Below are positions 39,348 to 47,500 of a stretch of DNA of 64,000 nucleotides, in pieces (the stretch's first letter is position 1; every line of letters begins with the position of its first letter). The stretch is from contig CAYJKF010000001.1 of NCBI GenBank assembly GCA_964370865.1, forward strand, positions 35,703-99,702, given 5' to 3'. The DNA comes from an uncultured Candidatus Saccharibacteria bacterium. GTDB lineage: Bacteria; Patescibacteriota; WWE3; 2-01-FULL-39-13. Made by a program: the position numbers and the translations under genes. The notes under the pieces are model-generated. The model did not search any database. It was given only the letters and a program-made list of their open reading frames with translations, and was not told the DNA's origin.

Positions 39348-39875
39348 TCATCGCTTTACCGCGAGGACGACATGGAGTCCTCCATTGCTGGAGCTCCCGG
39401 CAACCCAAAGTTTAGCACGAGGCTGTTCGGTACTTGGATCAAGCCAAGTATAAGTTTGCCCTGGCCAAACAATCCATCCATCTACAAAGACTTCCGAGAC
39501 AACTGTGCCTTCCTTCCCGTAGGGAGGAGTCATCCGGATGAATAACTCATCCTTCATGATTCCATAACCTATGAGGTCGGCTTCTATGTTGTACTGATCG
39601 AGGACGGGGAAGCCCTTGTCGATTGGAAACAACTCTGGCATACGGCCAGGTAATGCTGGAAGATTTTGGATAACATACATGTTGACTGGGCTATACCCAA
39701 CTTGGAGTATCTCCCAATTCTCGTCCGCCGTAGGAAGCGCTGTCAGTGTCGATACTTCAGTTGGCATCTCCATAGAAGTCGATGGAAGTGCTTCCCCGAC
39801 TCTTTCGGATACTTTGCATACCAAAAAAGATATCAACAGTCCAACACACACCAAAAATCCCAGTAGCTTACTCAT
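39348..39875 (-). CDS. Secreted hypothetical protein (cassette copy 1; moderately GC-enriched)
   Basis: A signal peptide (MSKLLGFLVCVGLLISFLVC). The C-terminal segment EVFVDGWIVWPGQT resembles EVFLNGIPVEPGIT in the gene at 40579-41811. An AGGAGG ribosome-binding site lies upstream. Confidence 0.55.
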   Translation of the reverse strand: MSKLLGFLVCVGLLISFLVCKVSERVGEALPSTSMEMPTEVSTLTALPTADENWEILQVGYSPVNMYVIQNLPALPGRMPELFPIDKGFPVLDQYNIEADLIGYGIMKDELFIRMTPPYGKEGTVVSEVFVDGWIVWPGQTYTWLDPSTEQPRAKLWVAGSSSNGGLHVVLAVKR

Positions 39876-39944
39876 CTAGTACCTCCTAGGTACTTAAACA
39901 CCAGTGGATTATTAAGGTGCATCGCGATAAATTGCGATTTGATT

Positions 39945-40006
39945 CTCTTTCCCCAAAAGCTGGATTCCTCGCACCACGAGAGGTTTCCTTGGGCGTCCCG
40001 AAAGAG
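39945..40006 (-). promoter_or_regulatory. Conserved multi-stem 5' leader element (copy 1) in the long leader of gene 39348-39875
   Basis: On the sense strand the stems are P1 cucuuuc/gaaagag, P1b cccaa/uuggg and the hairpin cucg-uggu-cgag. The same three helices are preserved in copy 2 (41888-41955) despite loop and linker differences. Confidence 0.4.
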
Positions 40007-40184
40007 CAAACAACCAGATAATGACTTATGTCGCTGTCTAGTTGCTTACTTATTCAAGACTAAAAGAAAAATATCCCTAAGAATTCATTTTATTATTAAT
40101 GTACTCGAAACATCGTTAGCAAAGCCTATTTGCACCGTGTTGTCGAAAGATGTTCAGCTTGAAATGTTTTAAGCAGAACGCCTA

Positions 40185-40219
40185 ATTATATCGCAAATTA
40201 GCACAAACTCAACCTATAG
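40185..40219 (-). promoter_or_regulatory. Cassette promoter, copy 1 (ctataggTTGAGT-N16-TATAAT)
   Basis: The reverse complement reads ctataggTTGAGTttgtgctaatttgcgaTATAAT. Confidence 0.5.
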
Positions 40220-40311
40220 TAATCTAGCCAGGCTCGATTACTTGGTCAAAATTTTCTTCAATTTTTGCTGATGTCAGGATGATGTTATATAGATTTTTAT
40301 ATTGTGAGAAA

Positions 40312-40437
40312 GGGTACTGCGGCTGATAGGGTGAAAGAAAAAGTTTTGTATTCAAAAGAATACAATGTTTTGGTCGAAATGACCGAAACAGATCTTAAAT
40401 GATCAACTTTCCTCTCAGCCCTATCAGCTTTCTTTGA
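40312..40437 (+). ncRNA. Structured repeat element copy 2 (candidate small RNA)
   Basis: It has the same stem/hairpin architecture as copy 1. It is preceded by an extended -10-like TGtTATATA. Confidence 0.4.
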
Positions 40438-40578
40438 ATCAAATGAATTAATTTATTTTTCTTAGCACGATTGCCAAGAAATTTTTCTTTCTACAGCAAC
40501 TGCTATATGAACAATTCCTCACGGAACTGTTAGAAAGAAGCAGAACCCGGGACGGGGGCTCGACTTCTCTTCTCATCT

Positions 40579-41811
40579 CTACCTTGCGGTAGGGACGAGG
40601 GGTGATTCAGCGGTGCCCGCAAGGCTTGTTTGCCCTGGGCAAAGTGACAGCTGGAAAGCTCTCCCGACGATGAGGACATCTCCTCGAACTATGTCGTCAT
40701 AGCGAACTTTTAGGACCCAATTGTCTCCCCACCTCGTGATACCTGGTTCAACCGGAATGCCGTTCAAGAACACCTCTTGAATGAAGAATACATTCTCCTG
40801 GTTGAACTGAACAATATGGACCTGAATGAGATCTCCACCATTAGTGAGGTCAAATAGGCCCTCGCCATGCAAAGACCACTCTGGTCCTTCTACTTCTTCC
40901 TGCCAGGAAGTCTCAACTGCAGACGTCGTGATGACGCTGACGTAGGGATCTCCCGAACCACGGACGAGGTAACATTTCTCGCCATCATCAGGCTCCGGAG
41001 TTGATGTTGCCTCGACGTTGGGCATTGGTGTTGGAATTTCCGTAGGTTGTTCTGTGGGAACTTCCGTTGGTTGTTCTGTAGGAACTTCCGTTGGTTGTTC
41101 TGTGGGAACTTCCGTTGGTTGTTCTGTAGGAACTTCCGTTGGCTGTTCTGTAGGAACTTCCGTTGGCTGTTCTGTGGGAACTTTCGTTGGTTGTTCTGTA
41201 GGAACTTCCGTTGGCTGTTCTGTGGGAACTACCGTTGGCTCGTCTGTTGGGACTGCCGTTGGTTCGTCTGTTGGGACTACCGTTGGCTCGTCTGTCGGGA
41301 CTGCTGTTGGCTCGTCTGTTGGGACTGCCGTTGGTTCGTCCGTCGGGACTGCCGTTGGTTCGTCCGTCGGGACTGCCGTTGGCTCGTCTGTTGGGACTAC
41401 CGTTGGCTCGTCTGTTGGGACTACCGTTGGCTCGTCGTCTGTTGGGACTGCCGTTGGTTCGTCTGTTGGGACTTCTGTACACTCTGGTGTGGGAACTTGA
41501 GTAGGAACCTCTGTCGGCTTCGGGGTTTTTGTGGGTTTATCACCACCACACCAACCTTCGTTACCATCGGCTCTATCTTCATCGTTACCACATCCATTAT
41601 TATCGTGTGGCTTTCCCTCCCCAGGATCAGGTGTGCCTTGATCTCGATCTGGCCCATGACCATCATTGTCTGGCTCGTTGAAACCTCGGGTCGGCTCCGG
41701 CAAAGGAGAATCCTTCGATCCATTTGCACTCACCACACGAGGAAGCATTATCATTGTGCCAAGCAAGGCCACAATAATAATTACACTGAATACCGCAAAC
41801 AACTTGCGCAT
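40579..41811 (-). CDS. Secreted protein with a long (PTDEPTAV)n/(PTEQPTEV)n Pro/Thr-rich tandem-repeat region (cassette copy 2; GC-rich)
   Basis: A signal peptide, an acidic Gly/Asp-rich N-terminal region, about 20 eight-residue repeats and a C-terminal globular part. It has the same flanking leader and 3' repeat elements as copy 1. Confidence 0.65.
   Translation of the reverse strand: MRKLFAVFSVIIIVALLGTMIMLPRVVSANGSKDSPLPEPTRGFNEPDNDGHGPDRDQGTPDPGEGKPHDNNGCGNDEDRADGNEGWCGGDKPTKTPKPTEVPTQVPTPECTEVPTDEPTAVPTDDEPTVVPTDEPTVVPTDEPTAVPTDEPTAVPTDEPTAVPTDEPTAVPTDEPTVVPTDEPTAVPTDEPTVVPTEQPTEVPTEQPTKVPTEQPTEVPTEQPTEVPTEQPTEVPTEQPTEVPTEQPTEVPTEQPTEIPTPMPNVEATSTPEPDDGEKCYLVRGSGDPYVSVITTSAVETSWQEEVEGPEWSLHGEGLFDLTNGGDLIQVHIVQFNQENVFFIQEVFLNGIPVEPGITRWGDNWVLKVRYDDIVRGDVLIVGRAFQLSLCPGQTSLAGTAESPLVPTAR
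41018..41500. repeat. 24-bp coding tandem-repeat array (about 20 units, two subfamilies) inside gene 40579-41811
   Basis: Units such as ggaacttccgttggttgttctgtg and ggactgccgttggttcgtctgtt repeat head to tail. They translate on the minus strand to VPTEQPTE and VPTDEPTA. Confidence 0.85.
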
Positions 41812-41887
41812 GGGAATTTTCCCTCCTTTGCGCTAAAAACTTGACCTAACGTTACCAATAGTGCATCGCTTTCGCGATTCTGATTCC

Positions 41888-41955
41888 TCTTTCCCCCCAA
41901 AAAACTGGATCCTCGCACTACGAGAGAGATCACTTGGGTTTGTCCCGAAAGAGAG
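41888..41955 (-). promoter_or_regulatory. Conserved multi-stem 5' leader element (copy 2)
   Basis: See copy 1. Confidence 0.4.
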
Positions 41956-42168
41956 AGCGATAAGATAACGATCGTTATCTTTACCTTATTGCTCAATCCT
42001 TAGGAAATATAGAAAGAAAAATATCCCTTTAAAATATTAAATTCATTTGATTGTTAAGGTACGTCATTTGAAGGGATTATTATAAGCGAAGCATCTTCGC
42101 TCGTATTTCTTCAAATCGAGTTCAGACACATGTTATATAGAATATATAGCAGGGTAAGAACAAGGCCT

Positions 42169-42203
42169 ATTATACTACATTTTTAGTATAAATCAACCTA
42201 TAG
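42169..42203 (-). promoter_or_regulatory. Cassette promoter, copy 2 (ctataggTTGATT-N16-TATAAT)
   Basis: The reverse complement reads ctataggTTGATTtatactaaaaatgtagTATAAT. Confidence 0.5.
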
Positions 42204-42211
42204 TACGTTGG

Positions 42212-43267
42212 CTAGAGCCTTAAGACAATCTCAAACTCCTCCTCAATATGCTCTGCTGACGTAACAATAGTCTGATATTTTTTCATTACGCTGGTTATAT
42301 TCTCCCTAAAATTGTCATCTAGCTCACTGAAAATATCGTCGAGTAAAAGAGTGGGAACTACTTTTGTCTCCTTTTCGATATATTGGAGCTCAAGGATTTT
42401 GAGGGCGAGGGCAGCAGTTCGCTGCTGCCCCCTAGAACCATAACTCTGAAGATCTAAATTCCTACTATCCTTAGCTATAATAAAATCAAAATCATCCCGA
42501 TGAGGTCCAACAGAAGTAGAGCCTTTGGATAAATCCCTACCTCGGCTCGCCTCTAAGGAACTTGGCGTAATAAGCACCGGCTTATAATCCAACTGCAATA
42601 AATATTCATTCCCAAACAATTCACCAGACACCTTATCTAAATTTTCCTTAGCAAATTCAAAAAACATCTTTCTAGACTGTTGTACATACATTCCTGCATC
42701 GGTTAATTGCTTATCCCAAACTTCTAATTGGTTCTCAAATATATTATGAATAACTTGTCCTTCAGCCATATCCAAAAGTTTGTTTCTATGTTTAAGTAGT
42801 CGTTCATACCTGTGAATGGTTCGATAATATTCTGACGAAACCTGTGAAAGTAAACCATCCACATAATCTCTGCGCCTAGAAGGCGAACCAATTACAAGCC
42901 TAATATCTTCGGGGTTAAATAAGACCGCTTTAAAAATACCAACAAAATCTTTTGACTTCTTTACGACTCCATTCTTTTTGAAAGTCTTTTTAACACGTCC
43001 CATTCCCGATCTTTCCTCTATAAACTCAAGCTTAGTATTATCTTCAAAAACCCCAACAGTTCTACAAAAGTTGGAATCAATATTAATCATCTCCTTTTCA
43101 GTAACCGCACGAAATGATCTTCCTTTACTTAAAACGCTAATTGCCTCAAGAATATTCGTCTTTCCTGAACCGTTCGAGCCTGATATCAAAGTAGTAGTAC
43201 TAGAAAGACTAACTTCTTTTTTAAGATGATTTCTAAAATTTTGTAACTCAATCGTTCGAATTTTCAT
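42212..43267 (-). CDS. recF: DNA replication and repair protein RecF
   Basis: An N-terminal Walker A (ISGSNGSGKTNILEAI) with the SMC-like RecF architecture. Confidence 0.85.
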   Translation of the reverse strand: MKIRTIELQNFRNHLKKEVSLSSTTTLISGSNGSGKTNILEAISVLSKGRSFRAVTEKEMINIDSNFCRTVGVFEDNTKLEFIEERSGMGRVKKTFKKNGVVKKSKDFVGIFKAVLFNPEDIRLVIGSPSRRRDYVDGLLSQVSSEYYRTIHRYERLLKHRNKLLDMAEGQVIHNIFENQLEVWDKQLTDAGMYVQQSRKMFFEFAKENLDKVSGELFGNEYLLQLDYKPVLITPSSLEASRGRDLSKGSTSVGPHRDDFDFIIAKDSRNLDLQSYGSRGQQRTAALALKILELQYIEKETKVVPTLLLDDIFSELDDNFRENITSVMKKYQTIVTSAEHIEEEFEIVLRL

Positions 43268-43292
43268 TTTATAGCTCGATGATAGAATATAC

Positions 43293-43955
43293 TTGATGGA
43301 TTACAAGGATAAGAAACTCGAATTAGATGCATTGGCTGAGCAAATAAAAATATGCAGAAAGTGTAGATTATGTGAAACCGCAACCAATGCAGTCCCAGGA
43401 CATGGAAATCCCAATTCAGAAATAATATTTGTAGGAGAAGCCCCCGGCGCAAATGAAGATTTGACTGGCCTTCCTTTTGTAGGGCGGGCGGGAAAGTTGC
43501 TAGACTTTATGCTCGCACAAATAAAGATGAAACGTGAAGATGTCTGGATAGGCAATATAATCAAACACCGCCCGCCACAAAATAGAGACCCACTTCCAGA
43601 TGAAATCGAAGCCTGCAAACCATATCTCACAAAACAAATAGAAATAATAAAACCGAAAATAGTAGTGACACTTGGCAGGTTTTCCATGAACTATTTCCTA
43701 CCAGAATCAAAGATATCTGATGTACATGGAACAATCCAAAAAGTAGGCAATCTAAATATTTATCCCTTATATCATCCAGCTGCGGGTCTTCGCAATCCAA
43801 AGATGAAAATCGCTTTGCTTGCAGACTTTTTGAAAATACCAGATATAATATTAGGCAAAGAGGTATCTTCCTCATCCGCTTTTATGAATGGCACGCAACA
43901 AACACCCTTAGATAAAAGTACAAGTAATAATTTTCAGGAAGGACTTTTTAAGTAA
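43293..43955 (+). CDS. Uracil-DNA glycosylase, family 4
   Basis: A CxxC Fe-S motif (CRKCRLC) and GEAPGANED....GRAG, typical of UDG family 4. Confidence 0.8.
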   Translation: MMDYKDKKLELDALAEQIKICRKCRLCETATNAVPGHGNPNSEIIFVGEAPGANEDLTGLPFVGRAGKLLDFMLAQIKMKREDVWIGNIIKHRPPQNRDPLPDEIEACKPYLTKQIEIIKPKIVVTLGRFSMNYFLPESKISDVHGTIQKVGNLNIYPLYHPAAGLRNPKMKIALLADFLKIPDIILGKEVSSSSAFMNGTQQTPLDKSTSNNFQEGLFK

Positions 43956-43959
43956 ATAT

Positions 43960-45681
43960 ATGATTGATGAAAATCAAAACAAAACCGTATCTACACTGAT
44001 GAATTTTCAGAACGATACAACAAAACCCGCATTAAAGATCATCCCGATCGGCGGTACCACAACCGTACAAAAAAACATGTACGTTTATGAATCAGGGAAT
44101 GACATTTTAGTTATGGACTGCGGAGTCGGATTTCCCGACCTCTTCACTCCAGGAGTTGATGTAATACTTCCAGACTTTACATATATTCTCGAAAGACGAG
44201 AAAAAGTAAGAGGAATTGTTATCACACATGGACATGATGACCACAGAAGTGCTCTGCCATATCTTTTAAAGGAATATCCTTTTGAAGTTTATGCAGCACC
44301 TTTTGTTAAAGCATTAATCGACAATCAGTTAGAGGAATTCACAAATCTTACAACCAGAAATATTAATGCATATGATGCTGATAAGCCATTTCAACTTGGA
44401 GTATTTAGGTTGACACCATTTAGAGTCAATCACTCTATTCCAGATACGTTGGGATTTGCTATCGATACACCACAAGGAAGATGTTTTCATGTTGCTGATT
44501 ACAAATTCGATTGGTCTCCGGTAATGGGTAAACCATTTGAAATACAAAAGGCAGCCATGTTAGCAGGAGAATCTCCAAACGGAGTTCTCGCGATGTTATC
44601 AGACTGTTTAGGATCAACCACCGAAGGTTTTTCAAGAACAGAAAAAGTAATTGGCGAGACATTTGACCAAATCATTGGCGATTCAAAAGGAAAGCAGGTT
44701 TTTATAACTACTCTTTCTTCTAACATCTCAAGAATTAAACAGGCAATCGAAGTCTCCCTAAAGCATGGACGTAAAATCGTACCAGCAGGAAGATCAGTTC
44801 GCGACACAATGAGAATTGCTAGAGATTTTGGTTACATAGATTTTCCAGATAATATTTTTGTGGACGAGAGAGAGTCATCTCAATTTCCACAAGATAAATT
44901 AACTTACATAATAACTGGTAGTTATGCGCAAAAAAATGCCGGCTTAGTTAGAGTCGCAAGTGGAGAACACAAAGCAATCGTAATTGAAAACGAAGCTGTC
45001 GTAATCTTCTCCGCAGATCCAATTCCAAATTCTGTTGGAGCAGTAAATATGATGATTGATGAACTTTATCTAAAAGGTGCGGAAATTTATTATTCCCAAA
45101 TCCAAGATAATCTTCATGTTTCAGGTCACGGACTACAAGGCGATATGATTCTGTTAGCTAACGTTGTTAAACCAAAATACTTCATACCAATTGGAGGAAA
45201 TGTAAAACACATGCGCGCTTACTCAGAATTAATGGGCACATTAGGAATTGATGAAAAACGCGTACTTCAATTAATTGACGGACAAAGCGTCGTATTTAAA
45301 AATGGCGAAATGAAATTTGGAGACAAATTAAACTTACGCGAAATTTATGTAGACGGAAATCTTGTCGGTGATGTTGGAGCACAAATAATCGATGAAAGAA
45401 TTCAAATGTCCAGCAATGGAATCGTCGTGGTTATGATGTCACAAGACAAAATCGACATCGTCACTCGTGGATTTATTTTTATTAAAGAGTCAAAAGATTT
45501 AATTGAAAAAGCAAAATTAATCGCTAAAAAATCTTTCGATAAAAATTCTGCAAAAAAAGCTGCCGCAAACGACAAAAAATCACATTACCAAGTTTTACGA
45601 AGAGTCGAAATGGATTTAGCCACATACTTCTTCAAAGAAACTGGCAGAGAGCCATTAGTTGTAATTAATACGACCAAATAG
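43960..45681 (+). CDS. rnj: Ribonuclease J
   Basis: A metallo-beta-lactamase motif ITHGHDDH plus a beta-CASP and C-terminal domain arrangement. Confidence 0.85.
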   Translation: MIDENQNKTVSTLMNFQNDTTKPALKIIPIGGTTTVQKNMYVYESGNDILVMDCGVGFPDLFTPGVDVILPDFTYILERREKVRGIVITHGHDDHRSALPYLLKEYPFEVYAAPFVKALIDNQLEEFTNLTTRNINAYDADKPFQLGVFRLTPFRVNHSIPDTLGFAIDTPQGRCFHVADYKFDWSPVMGKPFEIQKAAMLAGESPNGVLAMLSDCLGSTTEGFSRTEKVIGETFDQIIGDSKGKQVFITTLSSNISRIKQAIEVSLKHGRKIVPAGRSVRDTMRIARDFGYIDFPDNIFVDERESSQFPQDKLTYIITGSYAQKNAGLVRVASGEHKAIVIENEAVVIFSADPIPNSVGAVNMMIDELYLKGAEIYYSQIQDNLHVSGHGLQGDMILLANVVKPKYFIPIGGNVKHMRAYSELMGTLGIDEKRVLQLIDGQSVVFKNGEMKFGDKLNLREIYVDGNLVGDVGAQIIDERIQMSSNGIVVVMMSQDKIDIVTRGFIFIKESKDLIEKAKLIAKKSFDKNSAKKAAANDKKSHYQVLRRVEMDLATYFFKETGREPLVVINTTK

Positions 45682-45683
45682 AC

Positions 45684-46547
45684 ATGATTGATCCTGCCCT
45701 AGGAATAAATTCAATCATACAAGAGGAAGCTTCTGAAACTGTTCAGCCTAATCATGCAGAACCTAATTATCCAGAGCCAAATCCTGAATATATTTATGAT
45801 AAAGAAACTTGGGGCGATGCAGAACTTACCTCTTATTTATTAAGATGTGCTGGAAATGGCCCACGTTATACTAGTGAATTCCCTAAATTTCTAGAAGGAA
45901 ATAATTTTATCGCAAGACAGGCAGTTGAATGTGCTATTAGAACGATATTAGGTTCAATGGATAATCCGGAATCACAAATCGAAGAAGGTGTAGCCATTAC
46001 AATGAACCCTTTCGTATATCCAAGCGATATTACTGCACCTTTTAATTTTCACCGAGTTTCCGGCGACAAAAATTGCGTGAATATTCCTCAGTCATTTGGT
46101 GATAATGAAAGAACCATAGCAACTGTCCATTCTCACCCAAGAGAACTACCAAATATTAATCTTACAGCCCCCTCACCTCAAGATATCTATTTGTTAACTC
46201 AAAACTATGGTAGTCCAGATTTAGCATCGGGCATAACAAACGGAAATGAAATATTTATTTTATTTCCCACTATGGAGACTCCTAAATATAATACATCGGA
46301 GAGAATGAGATTGGTCGATATTGCAAATAAGCAAATTGATCGTAGAGTTACGGCAGAAATCAATTATGCCAAAAGAAATTTCGATCCAACTCAGATGTCT
46401 ATTGAAAGACTAATTTATTTCCAAACTATTAATCAGAGAGTCATTAAAGACTGTTCAACTCGTTTAGCAGACCAGCTTGGAATTAAAATGTATCACAAAA
46501 GACTTCAATCTAAATCAGAAGATGAGCGATTTAAACGCTTAGTTTGA
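45684..46547 (+). CDS. Hypothetical protein
   Basis: A 287-aa ORF. It carries a possible weak JAMM-like HSHP...SPQD pattern, which is uncertain. Confidence 0.4.
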   Translation: MIDPALGINSIIQEEASETVQPNHAEPNYPEPNPEYIYDKETWGDAELTSYLLRCAGNGPRYTSEFPKFLEGNNFIARQAVECAIRTILGSMDNPESQIEEGVAITMNPFVYPSDITAPFNFHRVSGDKNCVNIPQSFGDNERTIATVHSHPRELPNINLTAPSPQDIYLLTQNYGSPDLASGITNGNEIFILFPTMETPKYNTSERMRLVDIANKQIDRRVTAEINYAKRNFDPTQMSIERLIYFQTINQRVIKDCSTRLADQLGIKMYHKRLQSKSEDERFKRLV

Positions 46548-47465
46548 TTTGTAATACTCAGTCGTTTTTCTGACTCCATCTTCAAATGATTTGCTTGCCT
46601 TCCATCCCATTTTATCTAAGGCCTTTTGTGGAGAAAGCCTGTTGTGCAACGTATCACCTGGGCGATTCGGTCCATAATTTGCTTTTAGATCCAATGCAAG
46701 AGTAGAAACGAGAACATCAAAGACTTTCTTGTTAGAAGTTCCAACTCCCGTCGCGATATTAAAGTAATCATTCTCTTGATAATTAAGAGCTGCAATATTC
46801 GCATCAACAACATCTCCAACATAAACATAATCACGCGTATGAGATCCATCGCCATTTATAGTTGGCGTTTCGCCCCTTAACATTTTACTTGTGAAAACGG
46901 CAACGATTCCGGCTTCTCTATTTCCATCTTGTCTTGGACCAAATACATTAGCGTACCTCAGCGAAACCCATTTTAGTCCAAACAAATTTCCATATAATTT
47001 CAAATAATTTTCGGCGCATGCTTTTGAAACGCCATAAAAGGAAGAAGGCTTAGTTACAGGAAAATCTTCGACGACCGGAAGATCTTTTTCTTCAACATCT
47101 CCGTAAAACGCTCCGCCAGTATTCGAATAAATAATTTTTGCACCCACTAACTTTGCCGCATCTAAAACATTCATCATTCCTTCAATATTGATATCGTGAT
47201 CTTCATCTGGATGTTCCATCGAATAAGGTACTTCGTTTTGAGCAGCCAAATGAAAAATTGCGGAAGGTTGAAACTCTTCAACAGTTTTTATAACTGCATC
47301 TTTATTTCTTACATCGACTTCGTAAAACTTACTTTTTGAATTTAGGTTATCTAACTTTCCGGAACGTAGATTATCTAGAATCGCAACTTCATGTCCAAGT
47401 TCTAATAACTTATCTTGAATATGAGATCCAATAAAACCTGCGCCACCTGTAATTAAAGTTTTCAT
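46539..47465 (-). CDS. NAD-dependent epimerase/dehydratase (UDP-sugar 4-epimerase-like)
   Basis: A Rossmann motif TGGAGFIGSH and a YxxxK-type SDR architecture. Confidence 0.75.
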   Translation of the reverse strand: MKTLITGGAGFIGSHIQDKLLELGHEVAILDNLRSGKLDNLNSKSKFYEVDVRNKDAVIKTVEEFQPSAIFHLAAQNEVPYSMEHPDEDHDINIEGMMNVLDAAKLVGAKIIYSNTGGAFYGDVEEKDLPVVEDFPVTKPSSFYGVSKACAENYLKLYGNLFGLKWVSLRYANVFGPRQDGNREAGIVAVFTSKMLRGETPTINGDGSHTRDYVYVGDVVDANIAALNYQENDYFNIATGVGTSNKKVFDVLVSTLALDLKANYGPNRPGDTLHNRLSPQKALDKMGWKASKSFEDGVRKTTEYYKSN

Positions 47466-47500
47466 ATAGTAACTTTATCATTAAATAAACCGGGAATGAC

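Noticed and set aside
41018-41500. Regular 24-bp repeats that might look like a CRISPR array
   Set aside because: The units are contiguous with no spacers. They sit in frame inside a long ORF encoding a PT-rich peptide repeat. There are no cas genes and no leader.
41018-41844. Plus-strand ORFs of 160–265 aa with bizarre repetitive translations (CRNFRWLF..., VGTSVGCS...)
   Set aside because: They are antisense or out-of-frame readings of the tandem repeat inside gene 40579-41811. Their periodic low-complexity sequence is an artefact.
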